From NCBI GenBank assembly GCA_041739995.1, contig JBGSMV010000059.1:1-64000 (forward strand): DNA of 64,000 nucleotides, in the 5' to 3' direction. The stretch is from Bdellovibrionota bacterium (GTDB taxonomy: Bacteria; Bdellovibrionota_C; UBA2361; JBGSMV01). A program made the translations under genes and the position numbers. Below, one piece after another: positions 40,828-49,467 of the stretch; positions within the stretch are counted from its first letter, which is position 1, and every line of letters starts with the position of its first letter. The notes below the pieces were generated by a model. It worked only from the letters and a program-made list of their open reading frames with translations. It did not search any database and had not been told where the DNA came from.

Positions 40828-42041
40828 GCGAATTGCACTTAAAGACATTTCGAATCGTGCTCGGCATATATTTGTTGGTTCATTTCTTGATGTTGACTCC
40901 CTATGCAGGGGAGCTGTTCTCGGATTCGGGAATTTTTGCCGATCCTAGCTTGCTCCCTTCTTACGGATTCTTCCCCAATCCGCTATTTAGTTTTGGAACC
41001 GAGCTTTTCGCGCAGCTATTTCTGGTTGGTTTGGCACTGCTGAGTGCGCTGCTCGTTGCTGGTATGCGAACTCGGGTTGTTGCTTTGGCGCTCTGGTTCG
41101 GGTGGGCGGCGCTTTTGTCTCGCGCCCCATTTATAGCGAATCCAAGCATCCCATTTGTCGGATTACTTTTACTCGGACTTGCAGCGCTTCCAAGCGATTG
41201 GTCCAGCACGCAAGCCCGGAGTGCCTCAATGTTGTTGTGGCGGGGCGTCTGGGTTCTTCTTGCGGTTTCCTACTCAGTAAGTGGAGTTCATAAGCTAGGG
41301 AGCCCGAGTTGGGTCGATGGAAGTGCGCTGGCTGAACTCACTCAGAATCCATTGGCGCGGGATTATTTTATTACCAGCTTTCTCGCTTCTTCACCACTTT
41401 GGATGACCGGTCTTATGACGTGGGGATCCTTGGCGCTTGAAATTCTGTTTGCGCCACTTGCGCTCTTTTCTCGGATTAGGCCCTGGGTTTGGCTCGCGAT
41501 GGTGGGGATGCATTTGGGAATTCTCGCGGTGGTTAGCTTTGCTGACCTCACGGCAGGAATGCTTTTGGTGCATCTATTTGTCTTTGATGGGCGCTGGATT
41601 TCAGCAGGAAGCGATAAGGCACACGGCAAAGCAAAGGGATTAGCAGAGATCGTCTTTTTCGACGGGTCTTGTGTCATGTGTAATAGATTCGCGAGAACGC
41701 TGATCTCTGTTGACCATACCGGTCTCCTAAAATTCGCCGCCCTTGATAGTGCCACTTTCAATGCCGCCCTACCGCCGGAGAAGCGTGCGCAACTTCCTGA
41801 CTCAATTCTCGTGAAATCAACTGACGGCTCTATGCTCGAGCGCAGTGACGCTATCATCGCCATCGGTACAACACTGGGGGGCGGACTCGGGCTAGGCGCC
41901 ATGTTGTTGCGCTTGATACCACGCAGAGTTCGAGATTCTGGATACGATCTAGTGGCTAAGTTGCGCTATCGAATGTTTGGGCGCACTGCAGAGAGCTGTG
42001 CTCTTATTCCAAAGGAGTGTCGCTCGCGTATTCTGCCCTGA
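40824..42041 (+). CDS. HTTM-like membrane domain fused to a DCC1-like (DUF393) thiol-disulfide oxidoreductase
   Basis: FRIVLGIYL, YSVSGVHKLGSPSWVDGSAL, LEILF, MHLGI; C-terminal VFFDGSCVMCN...RDSGYDLVAKLRYRMFG. Confidence 0.82.
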   Translation: MSELHLKTFRIVLGIYLLVHFLMLTPYAGELFSDSGIFADPSLLPSYGFFPNPLFSFGTELFAQLFLVGLALLSALLVAGMRTRVVALALWFGWAALLSRAPFIANPSIPFVGLLLLGLAALPSDWSSTQARSASMLLWRGVWVLLAVSYSVSGVHKLGSPSWVDGSALAELTQNPLARDYFITSFLASSPLWMTGLMTWGSLALEILFAPLALFSRIRPWVWLAMVGMHLGILAVVSFADLTAGMLLVHLFVFDGRWISAGSDKAHGKAKGLAEIVFFDGSCVMCNRFARTLISVDHTGLLKFAALDSATFNAALPPEKRAQLPDSILVKSTDGSMLERSDAIIAIGTTLGGGLGLGAMLLRLIPRRVRDSGYDLVAKLRYRMFGRTAESCALIPKECRSRILP

Positions 42042-42401
42042 GGCATTCTTGCCGCACCCCGCTAGGCCACAGCGTCCTTTTGGGAGGGTCCTTTTGGGTG
42101 GGCATCCACCAAGAGCAACGCATGGTCTCTGCGGCTGCGTTTAGCGCGCATCATCTCTGGCTCCTGCAGCACTTTCGTAGCCTCTTACCCCATGCCCTCG
42201 GCCAAATTCGTAGACCCTCCCAGTTTTACGCACTAGCCGCTGATGCTTATACCACCCTCATCCGTGCTTAAAATATTGAATTATGATTGTGAACGAGGGG
42301 CTCACCAGTGTCTCACTGGAGCAGCGGCTGCCCCACTTCAGACTAGTACCTAGAATGTTCTACGTCGAAGTAGGTTCTCGCTCGAAACGGAGTTATATTT
42401 T

Positions 42402-42710
42402 ATGAAATTTAAGGTTGCGATTCTCACCCTGGTTTTAGCCTCTTTACCAACTCTTTCTCACGCAATTTCTAAAGGTGATGGGGACATATATCTTGGATGC
42501 GGTGGTCGAGACCTACTGGAGTTTTATAGCTGTTTTTGTTCCGAAATGACTGACCGTGCGGAAATAGTTTGCCAAATTTCACCGCCCCCTCCACCAGGCT
42601 CTATCTTGCCTAACCTATGTCGCGCCGCCAGAGAACAGGCGGAAGGCGTATGTTGGTTGTTCGGAATAGAGAAACCTAAAACAGATGTCCCAGATAAGAC
42701 GAACAAGTAA
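42402..42710 (+). CDS. Small secreted Cys-rich protein
   Basis: Signal peptide MKFKVAILTLVLASLPTLSHA, six Cys, PPPPP; GGAG RBS. Confidence 0.65.
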   Translation: MKFKVAILTLVLASLPTLSHAISKGDGDIYLGCGGRDLLEFYSCFCSEMTDRAEIVCQISPPPPPGSILPNLCRAAREQAEGVCWLFGIEKPKTDVPDKTNK

Positions 42711-42887
42711 GACCCTAATTAATCAGGACGATTAAACAATGAAGAGTAGGCTATTTGCACATGAACGCTGCTTGTGTGCGGGAGTGAGTCTGACGCCAAA
42801 CTAGATGATATTTGGAGATGAGAGTTCGAGTTCTATTCTCTGAAAGGGTCGCGTCCAAAGAAATATCAGCAGATAGAAGCACGCGAT

Positions 42888-43949
42888 CTACAGCTCAATT
42901 AGATCTTTAAGTGCGGAGAGGCGGTGAAAATCATCCGCGGCTTTCTCGCGTGCCTCCGCCGCTGCGGAGATCCTATCACCTAGCTCTGCCTTTACAGAGT
43001 TAAGCGCTTCACTTGGGCTGGCATGCTCTACTGTTCGCAGTAAGACGGTAGCTCGAAAGTACTCGTCGCTTGAATATCCCATGCGAGCACTCATTGTGAG
43101 CTCAGCCTGTCGATACAGTGCTGACAACACTCCCGGCGAAACACCGGTGAGCTGAGTATCGTTAATCGATCCTTTAATAGAACTCAGATCTGCCTCAGAG
43201 AACGAATCAAAATCTAACCGCAAAGAATCTACAGTGCCGCTGTCGGGAGAATTGCGTTCTATAATATTAGCAATTTCCAAAACCGCACCACGCAACTCCG
43301 GGGTCATTAGAACTACATGCTTACTGGACAAGGGCTGTTCTGGGGCTGGAGAGAGGCTGCGATAGAGTTCTCGGTTCTCCTTACCAATTGTTGAAAGGCA
43401 AGAATACGTATCCCTTAACACTTTTAGGTGTTGAGATAGTTCTCGTTCGCTTGGGCTATTAGTTGGATCTAAAATTCCTAACCGTTTGTTCAACTCTGCA
43501 CTCTCTTGCACTAGAAAGTATGCACTTGAGACCTTGTTCAAATAGTTGCCTGCATCTAAAAGGGCTTTCTGATTAGCTCTTAAAATAACCACCACCTCTT
43601 CGTCTCTCAGAGGCTGCCCATCAGACCCTAAATTTTGTCGCTCTACTACATTGTTCAAATTATCGAGGAACCGAGTAGTCTCTTGCGCTGATAGCTCATT
43701 GAACTGGCGAAACCTTGCCAATTCCTGTCGCGGACCTGCAACGCGTTCGATAAGCTCTTTGTGAAATCTAAGACTCTCAGAAAGTAGGTGTGCCACCCTT
43801 TTGGTATCGATACCCGCAGCATTAGGTGCGCGATCTAAAATGCGTGATTGCTGATTATCCGTCAGCGATGATTCCAAGCGCGGCATAGTTGCAGAGCTCA
43901 GTAGAGTGGCAGCGGAAGCAGCTATTACTTTAAGATGTGGATTCATCAA
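42888..43949 (-). CDS. Hypothetical alpha-helical protein
   Basis: 353-aa ORF with no competing ORFs; no family recognised. Confidence 0.65.
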   Translation of the reverse strand: MMNPHLKVIAASAATLLSSATMPRLESSLTDNQQSRILDRAPNAAGIDTKRVAHLLSESLRFHKELIERVAGPRQELARFRQFNELSAQETTRFLDNLNNVVERQNLGSDGQPLRDEEVVVILRANQKALLDAGNYLNKVSSAYFLVQESAELNKRLGILDPTNSPSERELSQHLKVLRDTYSCLSTIGKENRELYRSLSPAPEQPLSSKHVVLMTPELRGAVLEIANIIERNSPDSGTVDSLRLDFDSFSEADLSSIKGSINDTQLTGVSPGVLSALYRQAELTMSARMGYSSDEYFRATVLLRTVEHASPSEALNSVKAELGDRISAAAEAREKAADDFHRLSALKDLIEL

Positions 43950-44552
43950 ACTTTCCAGACCGAATCATCGGTAAAATGCTTTGTATAGTGTTATGATCAA
44001 CTTTCACGCGAATGTAGCCGCAAACCCCAGAAATTATTAAGTTTCACTAAGGCTTCCCAGTGGTGGTCCTCAGAAATGCAGTTAAGCCAGGTTGATAAGT
44101 TGGGGTCCCCGCTCCGGGTGTCCCGGCGGTATCATTCCGCCGGTACCGGGTTGACCACCTTGCCTTGATAACTAACTCAAATCACGGGAGTTCCATTTCT
44201 TAACCGGGTGGTAGTTACGAATCCATTCTTGGGGACTAGAGCTTGCTTTATTCTGCTTAAAGACTCGATGTTGTCGATTCAGCGACTAACTCCCATTTCC
44301 TTAGAGCTGGCACAGATCTCAGATGTTTTGAACCGTTCACAGGTGAAGTTTCTGTTGGTCCAATAAAGAGCTTCTTGGCCATAGGGTCTACGTGCTTTCG
44401 TGCCACGGCTCCAGCCTATTGCAACGCATATGGTTCTGTTCAGTAAGTCGTTGGGTCATGACGTTTTGTTGTGTCTATGTTCAAAGGCATCCAGTTCCCA
44501 CTATTCGGGATAGTGTCACTCCTCCCAAAACGGAGTCGCCCTAGCTTGGAGG

Positions 44553-45194
44553 CTATGTAAGAGGAGGTTCCCAAAAGTTGTGGGACTTATTGATAGGCGG
44601 TCCGACAAATTCAATGCCAAATTGACGATTCACTTCAAGAAGTCGGTCCTTGAATCCTTCCGTAGGTAATTTAGAAACTGTTGAAAAATAGTCTTCAAAT
44701 CCACCAGGAACTGTAAAAACGAAAGAAGAGCCCTGCGGTGACAAGCAACGAAAACTATGAGGAACTCCCTTCGGTGCGAGAAGTAGGTCTCCGGGTTTGA
44801 ATTCGCGCAATTCTTCACCAACCTGAAAGGCATAATGTCCATCACGTATGAGGAAAAATTCATCCTCTTTGGTGTGTACGTGCAATGGAGGACTAAAATC
44901 CTGCGGATGTTGCATCCCGATGCAACTAAACTTTCCACAAGATTGACTAGAGTCCGAAATAATCGCTGCGATGTGACCACCAATGGAGACTCTCCGAATG
45001 ACCTGGGAGGAGTCCTGCGGAAGAGTATCAACATCTATACCGAGAAACCTAGCAATCGTGCTTCGGTTTCCCTGATGTGCGAATACGTCTGGTACGTTGA
45101 CGTGAATAGATGCAACCAAGAGATGGTTTCGCGGCCCTTCTGGAGCTCGTCCGTCTGATACGTGTATCGCCATGCCCCCTTTTTTTCTTTGCAA
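44553..45194 (-). CDS. Cupin-domain protein
   Basis: PPLHVHTKEDEFF...GDLLLAPKGVPHSF...PGGFEDYF; start uncertain. Confidence 0.85.
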   Translation of the reverse strand: MQRKKGGMAIHVSDGRAPEGPRNHLLVASIHVNVPDVFAHQGNRSTIARFLGIDVDTLPQDSSQVIRRVSIGGHIAAIISDSSQSCGKFSCIGMQHPQDFSPPLHVHTKEDEFFLIRDGHYAFQVGEELREFKPGDLLLAPKGVPHSFRCLSPQGSSFVFTVPGGFEDYFSTVSKLPTEGFKDRLLEVNRQFGIEFVGPPINKSHNFWEPPLT

Positions 45195-45328
45195 AAATGA
45201 GAACCCGAGGCTCTCCGCAAGTGAATCGCATTGTTATGCCTTAAGCAATTCTAGAGGTGAGCTAAGAGTCGGTGCGGGCGCTCCAAGCCGCATGTTATTA
45301 AGGGGGAAGCTAGGAGTTGGCGAACGCG

Positions 45329-45508
45329 AGATTTGGCCCGGAGTGGCGAACGGGAGATATAGAATAGCGACGGGTGGACTTCCGCCTCCGCCCTATCGGG
45401 CTACGGCGGGATAAACTTCTCGCCCACCCGTTAGCCAGGAGTGGCGAACGCGAGATAGATTTGGCCCGGAGTGGCGAACGCGAGATATAGAATAGCGACG
45501 GGTGGACT
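45329..45508. repeat. 52-bp direct repeat (45329..45380 and 45457..45508) that includes the last 16 nt of tRNA-Met
   Basis: AGATTTGGCCCGGAGTGGCGAACG(G/C)GAGATATAGAATAGCGACGGGTGGACT, one mismatch. Confidence 0.9.
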
Positions 45509-45566
45509 CGAACCACCGACCTCGGCATTATGAGTGCCGCGCTCTAACCAGCTGAGCTACGTCGCC
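45493..45566 (-). tRNA. tRNA-Met(CAT), elongator type
   Basis: GGCGACGTAGCTCAGCTGGTTAGAGCGCGGCACTCATAATGCCG...GGTTCGAGTCCACCCGTCGCTA; no initiator GGG/CCC anticodon stem. Confidence 0.93.
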
Positions 45567-45708
45567 ACAATTGAGCTTTCGAAAATACGGCGCCTTCAAA
45601 AATACGGCGCTTTCAAAAATTACGCCTAAACCCCTGCAAGGGCTCAGCATAGTGATGAGGGGGAATAGTGCCCCACGGTGGAGATTGGGTCAATCTTAGG
45701 CGAAAAAG

Positions 45709-46917
45709 TTAGAAGCGTTCGATATCTGCGCCACCGTCAAAGGCGCCCATTCCGGCAGCCATTACGAGCGCGTCTCTGCCGTAGGCGAAGAATCGGTCGA
45801 GACGATGGTCTCCTGGCTCAACGCGAGGAATCTCGAAGTAGCCGCCGCGCTGCCACGAGAATTGCCTCGCCTTCGGATAGAAGGCGTAGGACCGCTCCAC
45901 TACCTGGCCAAACTGGTCGGTGATTCGCAGGGTGAATATCCCGCGTCCGTCCTTTTGATTTCGTCGACTATAGCGGAAGGTGCGAATACCCTCGGAGTCC
46001 GCTCGACCGGGAATAACTCGGTCTAGGCGAATGCCATTTTGATAAATCTCGATTTGGCGCACTTCTCGACCAACCACATAGCCAGAAAATCCTACTAGCA
46101 CTCGAGCGCTGCCTTCTTCGACAAAGCGACGTCCGCGCGTTGGTGAGCGAAATACACTTACGCGGGTCAATGCCAAGTTCGGGCTGAATACTTTTGGTAC
46201 GTCAGCGATCCCCACTCCGCGCTGGGCGTCAAGCACTGGACCAAGGCTAAGAGTAACGAAGCGATTGTAGAATTCGCGGTCCACGCCCTCTTGCTCCATG
46301 CTCCGAACAACAGCCAATCGGGTGTAGTCAACGTAGCGAACCGCCTCGACTGGCTGCATGACTTTCTCAGCGCCATTACGAACTACCCGTAAGGAACTAG
46401 CAAAGCTAAGCAAGGCGAAGCGAGAGGCAGCTGCTCGGGGCGGAAGTTGCTTGGCGATGAGTGCTGCTTCATTCTCGGCCTGCTGCATCTGTGAGGTGCT
46501 TGCGCTTGAGCGCAATGTATCCCAGGAGAGCTTCGGAATACCGTCGCGACTTTCTACCTTGCCCGGTGTTTTGGGCATGGTCTGAACGACCTTTTTCGCA
46601 CGGACTTGTTCAATGTAACCTGGATTCAACATGGCGGAGACTTCGTCCAGCGGATTCATCCCCAGCAGCGAGGTTGAGCGCTCTTCTTGGTCGGTAGCCC
46701 TAGAATCTTGAGACAAGCCTGAATTAAGGGCTGCCAGATCTTGCTGCGCCTTATGAACTTGACTGCCGACTACGTGGTCGACGGAGAGTGTCTTCTGAAA
46801 GTTTACGAGCTCAGGAATGAAGAAGAGTGCGAGCACGAGCAAGAGCACCACGCCAGTAACGATGAACCCTTTGGGGTTAAGGCCCGATTTTCCAAGTGAA
46901 CGAATGGAGGAAACCAC
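45709..46917 (-). CDS. Hypothetical protein with N-terminal TM anchor and C-terminal Ig-like beta domain
   Basis: 402-aa ORF, single TM segment, C-terminal beta-strand pattern; GGGAG before GTG. Confidence 0.7.
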   Translation of the reverse strand: MVSSIRSLGKSGLNPKGFIVTGVVLLLVLALFFIPELVNFQKTLSVDHVVGSQVHKAQQDLAALNSGLSQDSRATDQEERSTSLLGMNPLDEVSAMLNPGYIEQVRAKKVVQTMPKTPGKVESRDGIPKLSWDTLRSSASTSQMQQAENEAALIAKQLPPRAAASRFALLSFASSLRVVRNGAEKVMQPVEAVRYVDYTRLAVVRSMEQEGVDREFYNRFVTLSLGPVLDAQRGVGIADVPKVFSPNLALTRVSVFRSPTRGRRFVEEGSARVLVGFSGYVVGREVRQIEIYQNGIRLDRVIPGRADSEGIRTFRYSRRNQKDGRGIFTLRITDQFGQVVERSYAFYPKARQFSWQRGGYFEIPRVEPGDHRLDRFFAYGRDALVMAAGMGAFDGGADIERF

Positions 46918-47091
46918 AGTAACTGACTCCCAGAAAGGACTCTATCGACGGCCGAAGCAAGCAACGCTTGCGCGGCAGCGGGTCCTTAGTATGTAACTAT
47001 AAGTGTTTTGGGAGGGTTACTCAAAAGTGTTACACAGCACGTAACCATTCAGGTCGAATTTACAAATACTCGCAAACCGCAGAAATGACTT

Positions 47092-47179
47092 AACCCCTAA
47101 GGGGTCGATTTGCGGAGCAAATCGGGGGTGAAAATCCAACCCCTGAGGGGTAGTTTTCGTCAGCAAATCCGGGGTGAAA
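47092..47179. repeat. Imperfect direct repeat with 46-bp period, each unit carrying the palindrome ACCCCT(A/G)AGGGGT
   Basis: AACCCCTAAGGGGT...AGCAAATCGGGGGTGAAA and AACCCCTGAGGGGT...AGCAAATCCGGGGTGAAA. Confidence 0.8.
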
Positions 47180-47289
47180 TTACTATCCGTTCACAAAATG
47201 CAGCCGTTCCCGATCAGGGGACGACCGCGGAATTACCACCACTCGAGTAACTTTTTAGCCCAATACCTACCTAACACCACCAGTTAGCT

Positions 47290-47826
47290 TTACTCCATGA
47301 CGGATCCCACAGCACCTTCGGTATCGAATTTCAGTAGTTCTTCCACGAAGGTACGTACGATAAAATCCATCATGTCACGCACCGAAAGGATACCAATCGG
47401 AATTTGGTGGTCATCGACCAGCGGAAGGTGCCTAAATCCTCCCTCTGACATCAGATTAAGGGCAAAAGCGATGGTAATATCAGGTGGTTGGGAGACTGGG
47501 TCGGCAGTCATGAACTCAGAGATAGGTTTGTTCCTATTGCTGTCGTAGTCGGGAAGAGCGCGGCGAACACAGTCCCGCTCTGTAAAAATTCCCTTAAGAG
47601 TTCGGTCAGGTGCGGTAATTAGCACTGAGCCAATTGACTCGTCTTTAAAGGCCTTAACTACCTCCCCCAATGTCATTTCAGGTCGCACGCAGTAAGGAAC
47701 TGGAGGATTCATCACTCCAATCGATTGGCACAGAAATTTGTGATCGAGCACCCCAAGTCGACGGTCGCATGCGTCCGCTATAGCTCTATAAACGCTCTGC
47801 TCGGTGCGTGCTTGTTTCTCTGCCAT
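47290..47826 (-). CDS. CBS-domain pair protein
   Basis: IGSVLI..LKGIFTERD, FMTADP, GGFRHLPLVD..PIGILSVRD. Confidence 0.92.
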   Translation of the reverse strand: MAEKQARTEQSVYRAIADACDRRLGVLDHKFLCQSIGVMNPPVPYCVRPEMTLGEVVKAFKDESIGSVLITAPDRTLKGIFTERDCVRRALPDYDSNRNKPISEFMTADPVSQPPDITIAFALNLMSEGGFRHLPLVDDHQIPIGILSVRDMMDFIVRTFVEELLKFDTEGAVGSVME

Positions 47827-47828
47827 GG

Positions 47829-49397
47829 TTACCTCTCCCCTTTGTCCTTGTCTGTTGCCGCTTTGCTACCATCCGGCGACGCGGCCGGGGGCGATTGCCC
47901 GGTAGCGGATTGATCCGCCGTATCCTTCTTGCTTACAAGCACGCACTGTAGTGCTTGCAGGTCTCCAGTGATGAATTTGTTCTCAACGGCGTTAAACTCT
48001 ATCGAACACGGTCCCTTTATCGCCTCCGTGGGAGCGAACTCCTCCTTACCGACTCTGACGATTACTCCAGGATAAAGCATCTTTCGAACATTCAGCCGTA
48101 CTACTTGAGCCACTCGTGATGTTTCAAGTAATTTTGTCTGTTTCGTGAGCAGTTCAAGCAGGCTGCGATCTACCTCTCGCTTCTTTCGCAGGAGCGCTTC
48201 AATCCTGGCACGGAACGGTCCCTTTAGGACCTCCACTCTGCTTGCGTTCTTGGCATAGGGGCCCAAATGAAGCTCGAGAAGATGTGCGGCTTTACGATGC
48301 GAAGCGATGCCAACCGAAAGCGTAGTGTATTCGGTGGTCATCTCGATATCACTACAAAGTTCAATGATGGTTGGAATTTCGCTATCATTTCCCAGTTGCA
48401 AGGCGTCAACCCCACAGACACTGTGAATACTTCCTCCTATTATCTTAGCCTTTTCCCCAATTACCGCCGCCTGAGTGCGGAAAGAGCAGCCGATGGCTTC
48501 TTTTCCTATAAGAATATTTCCAATGGCCTCAACGGAAGCTTTGCGAGCAGTGGCACATGAGAAGCTTCCCCCGCATACGATACTGCCGTGATCCCCTCCG
48601 AAGACGAACTGTTTGACCAGCACGTCAGCAGTTCTACTGTGGGCTACGCCGCCTTGAACGGAACCCTGAATCGAAATGGTTTTGTCTGCCCGAACAGTGA
48701 AGCCAGTAAGCAAGTCTCCTTTGACGGTGATTGAACCAACGAAATCAAGATTGCCAACGTGGAAATCGACGTTGCCCCTGACCAGTAGCTCGTCCTTTAT
48801 TGAGAGCGCGCCGGCGTCGTCGAGAAGATACCCGCTAGTCTTCGCAACTATCGCTTGATATCCCTCGCCTGCGGCTTCCGGCTTGAGTTCAAGTGACTGG
48901 TCAAGTTTCAAAGTAAGGGCCTGACTAGCTGGTGCCTTTACCGCCTTTCCGAGCGCATCCCTACCGTCCGTGCCGGCCTTTGCCGGATAGAAACGGGCTA
49001 CGATGGTGCCTACTCGAATATTGTCAAAGAGATTAAGGTCACGCAGCGATGGCCCAGCCTCTTCCTGCGAATTCGGATCCTTCTTTTTGGTGGGGTCGAC
49101 ATAGCGCTTCACCAGGAATACTAATCGCGCGGCTAGTCCTTCTTGTGGTTCGACGCCTTTGGCAATGCGGCGCTGCTCGATTTTCTCGCCCTTACTAAGG
49201 TGTATGGCACAGTCATGCAGTACATCGGAGTGAACCAAATCGGACGGGAGCAGGTTCCCTAGTAGAGCCTCGATATCGGTTCTTGCGATATAACCAGACG
49301 CAAGGCATTCAGCCGAGAGAAAAACCTTCATCCCATCGTCAGAGATGACCACGGTGATTTTGAGCTTGTCTGAGGCTTTAGAGAGGATCTCCTTCAT
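47829..49397 (-). CDS. FapA/DUF342-family protein
   Basis: PAKAGTDGRDALG, VRGNVDFHVGNLDFVGSITVKGD..GFTVRA, IIGG, LYPGVIV. Confidence 0.82.
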   Translation of the reverse strand: MKEILSKASDKLKITVVISDDGMKVFLSAECLASGYIARTDIEALLGNLLPSDLVHSDVLHDCAIHLSKGEKIEQRRIAKGVEPQEGLAARLVFLVKRYVDPTKKKDPNSQEEAGPSLRDLNLFDNIRVGTIVARFYPAKAGTDGRDALGKAVKAPASQALTLKLDQSLELKPEAAGEGYQAIVAKTSGYLLDDAGALSIKDELLVRGNVDFHVGNLDFVGSITVKGDLLTGFTVRADKTISIQGSVQGGVAHSRTADVLVKQFVFGGDHGSIVCGGSFSCATARKASVEAIGNILIGKEAIGCSFRTQAAVIGEKAKIIGGSIHSVCGVDALQLGNDSEIPTIIELCSDIEMTTEYTTLSVGIASHRKAAHLLELHLGPYAKNASRVEVLKGPFRARIEALLRKKREVDRSLLELLTKQTKLLETSRVAQVVRLNVRKMLYPGVIVRVGKEEFAPTEAIKGPCSIEFNAVENKFITGDLQALQCVLVSKKDTADQSATGQSPPAASPDGSKAATDKDKGER

Positions 49398-49467
49398 GGT
49401 GAGCGCTCACTAATGGCCAGCAACGGTCTTATCACCAATTGGTTACCTCTACCGTTATCGAAGAACT

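Noticed and set aside
44020..44120. c-di-AMP (ydaO) riboswitch suggested by GAGCGGGGACCCCAA
   Set aside because: The downstream GGGGTGAAT and GTCAGCTAAC elements are not present.
44381..44412. Group II intron domain V/VI-like string GGAGCCGTGGCACGAAAGCACGTAGACCCTAT (minus strand)
   Set aside because: The closing CGGTTC strand of domain V and the domain VI hairpin are missing, and there is no reverse transcriptase gene.
45313..45508. Repeats next to tRNA-Met as a CRISPR array
   Set aside because: Units are about 19 nt, spacing is irregular, spacers are duplicated rather than unique, and no cas genes are in the window.
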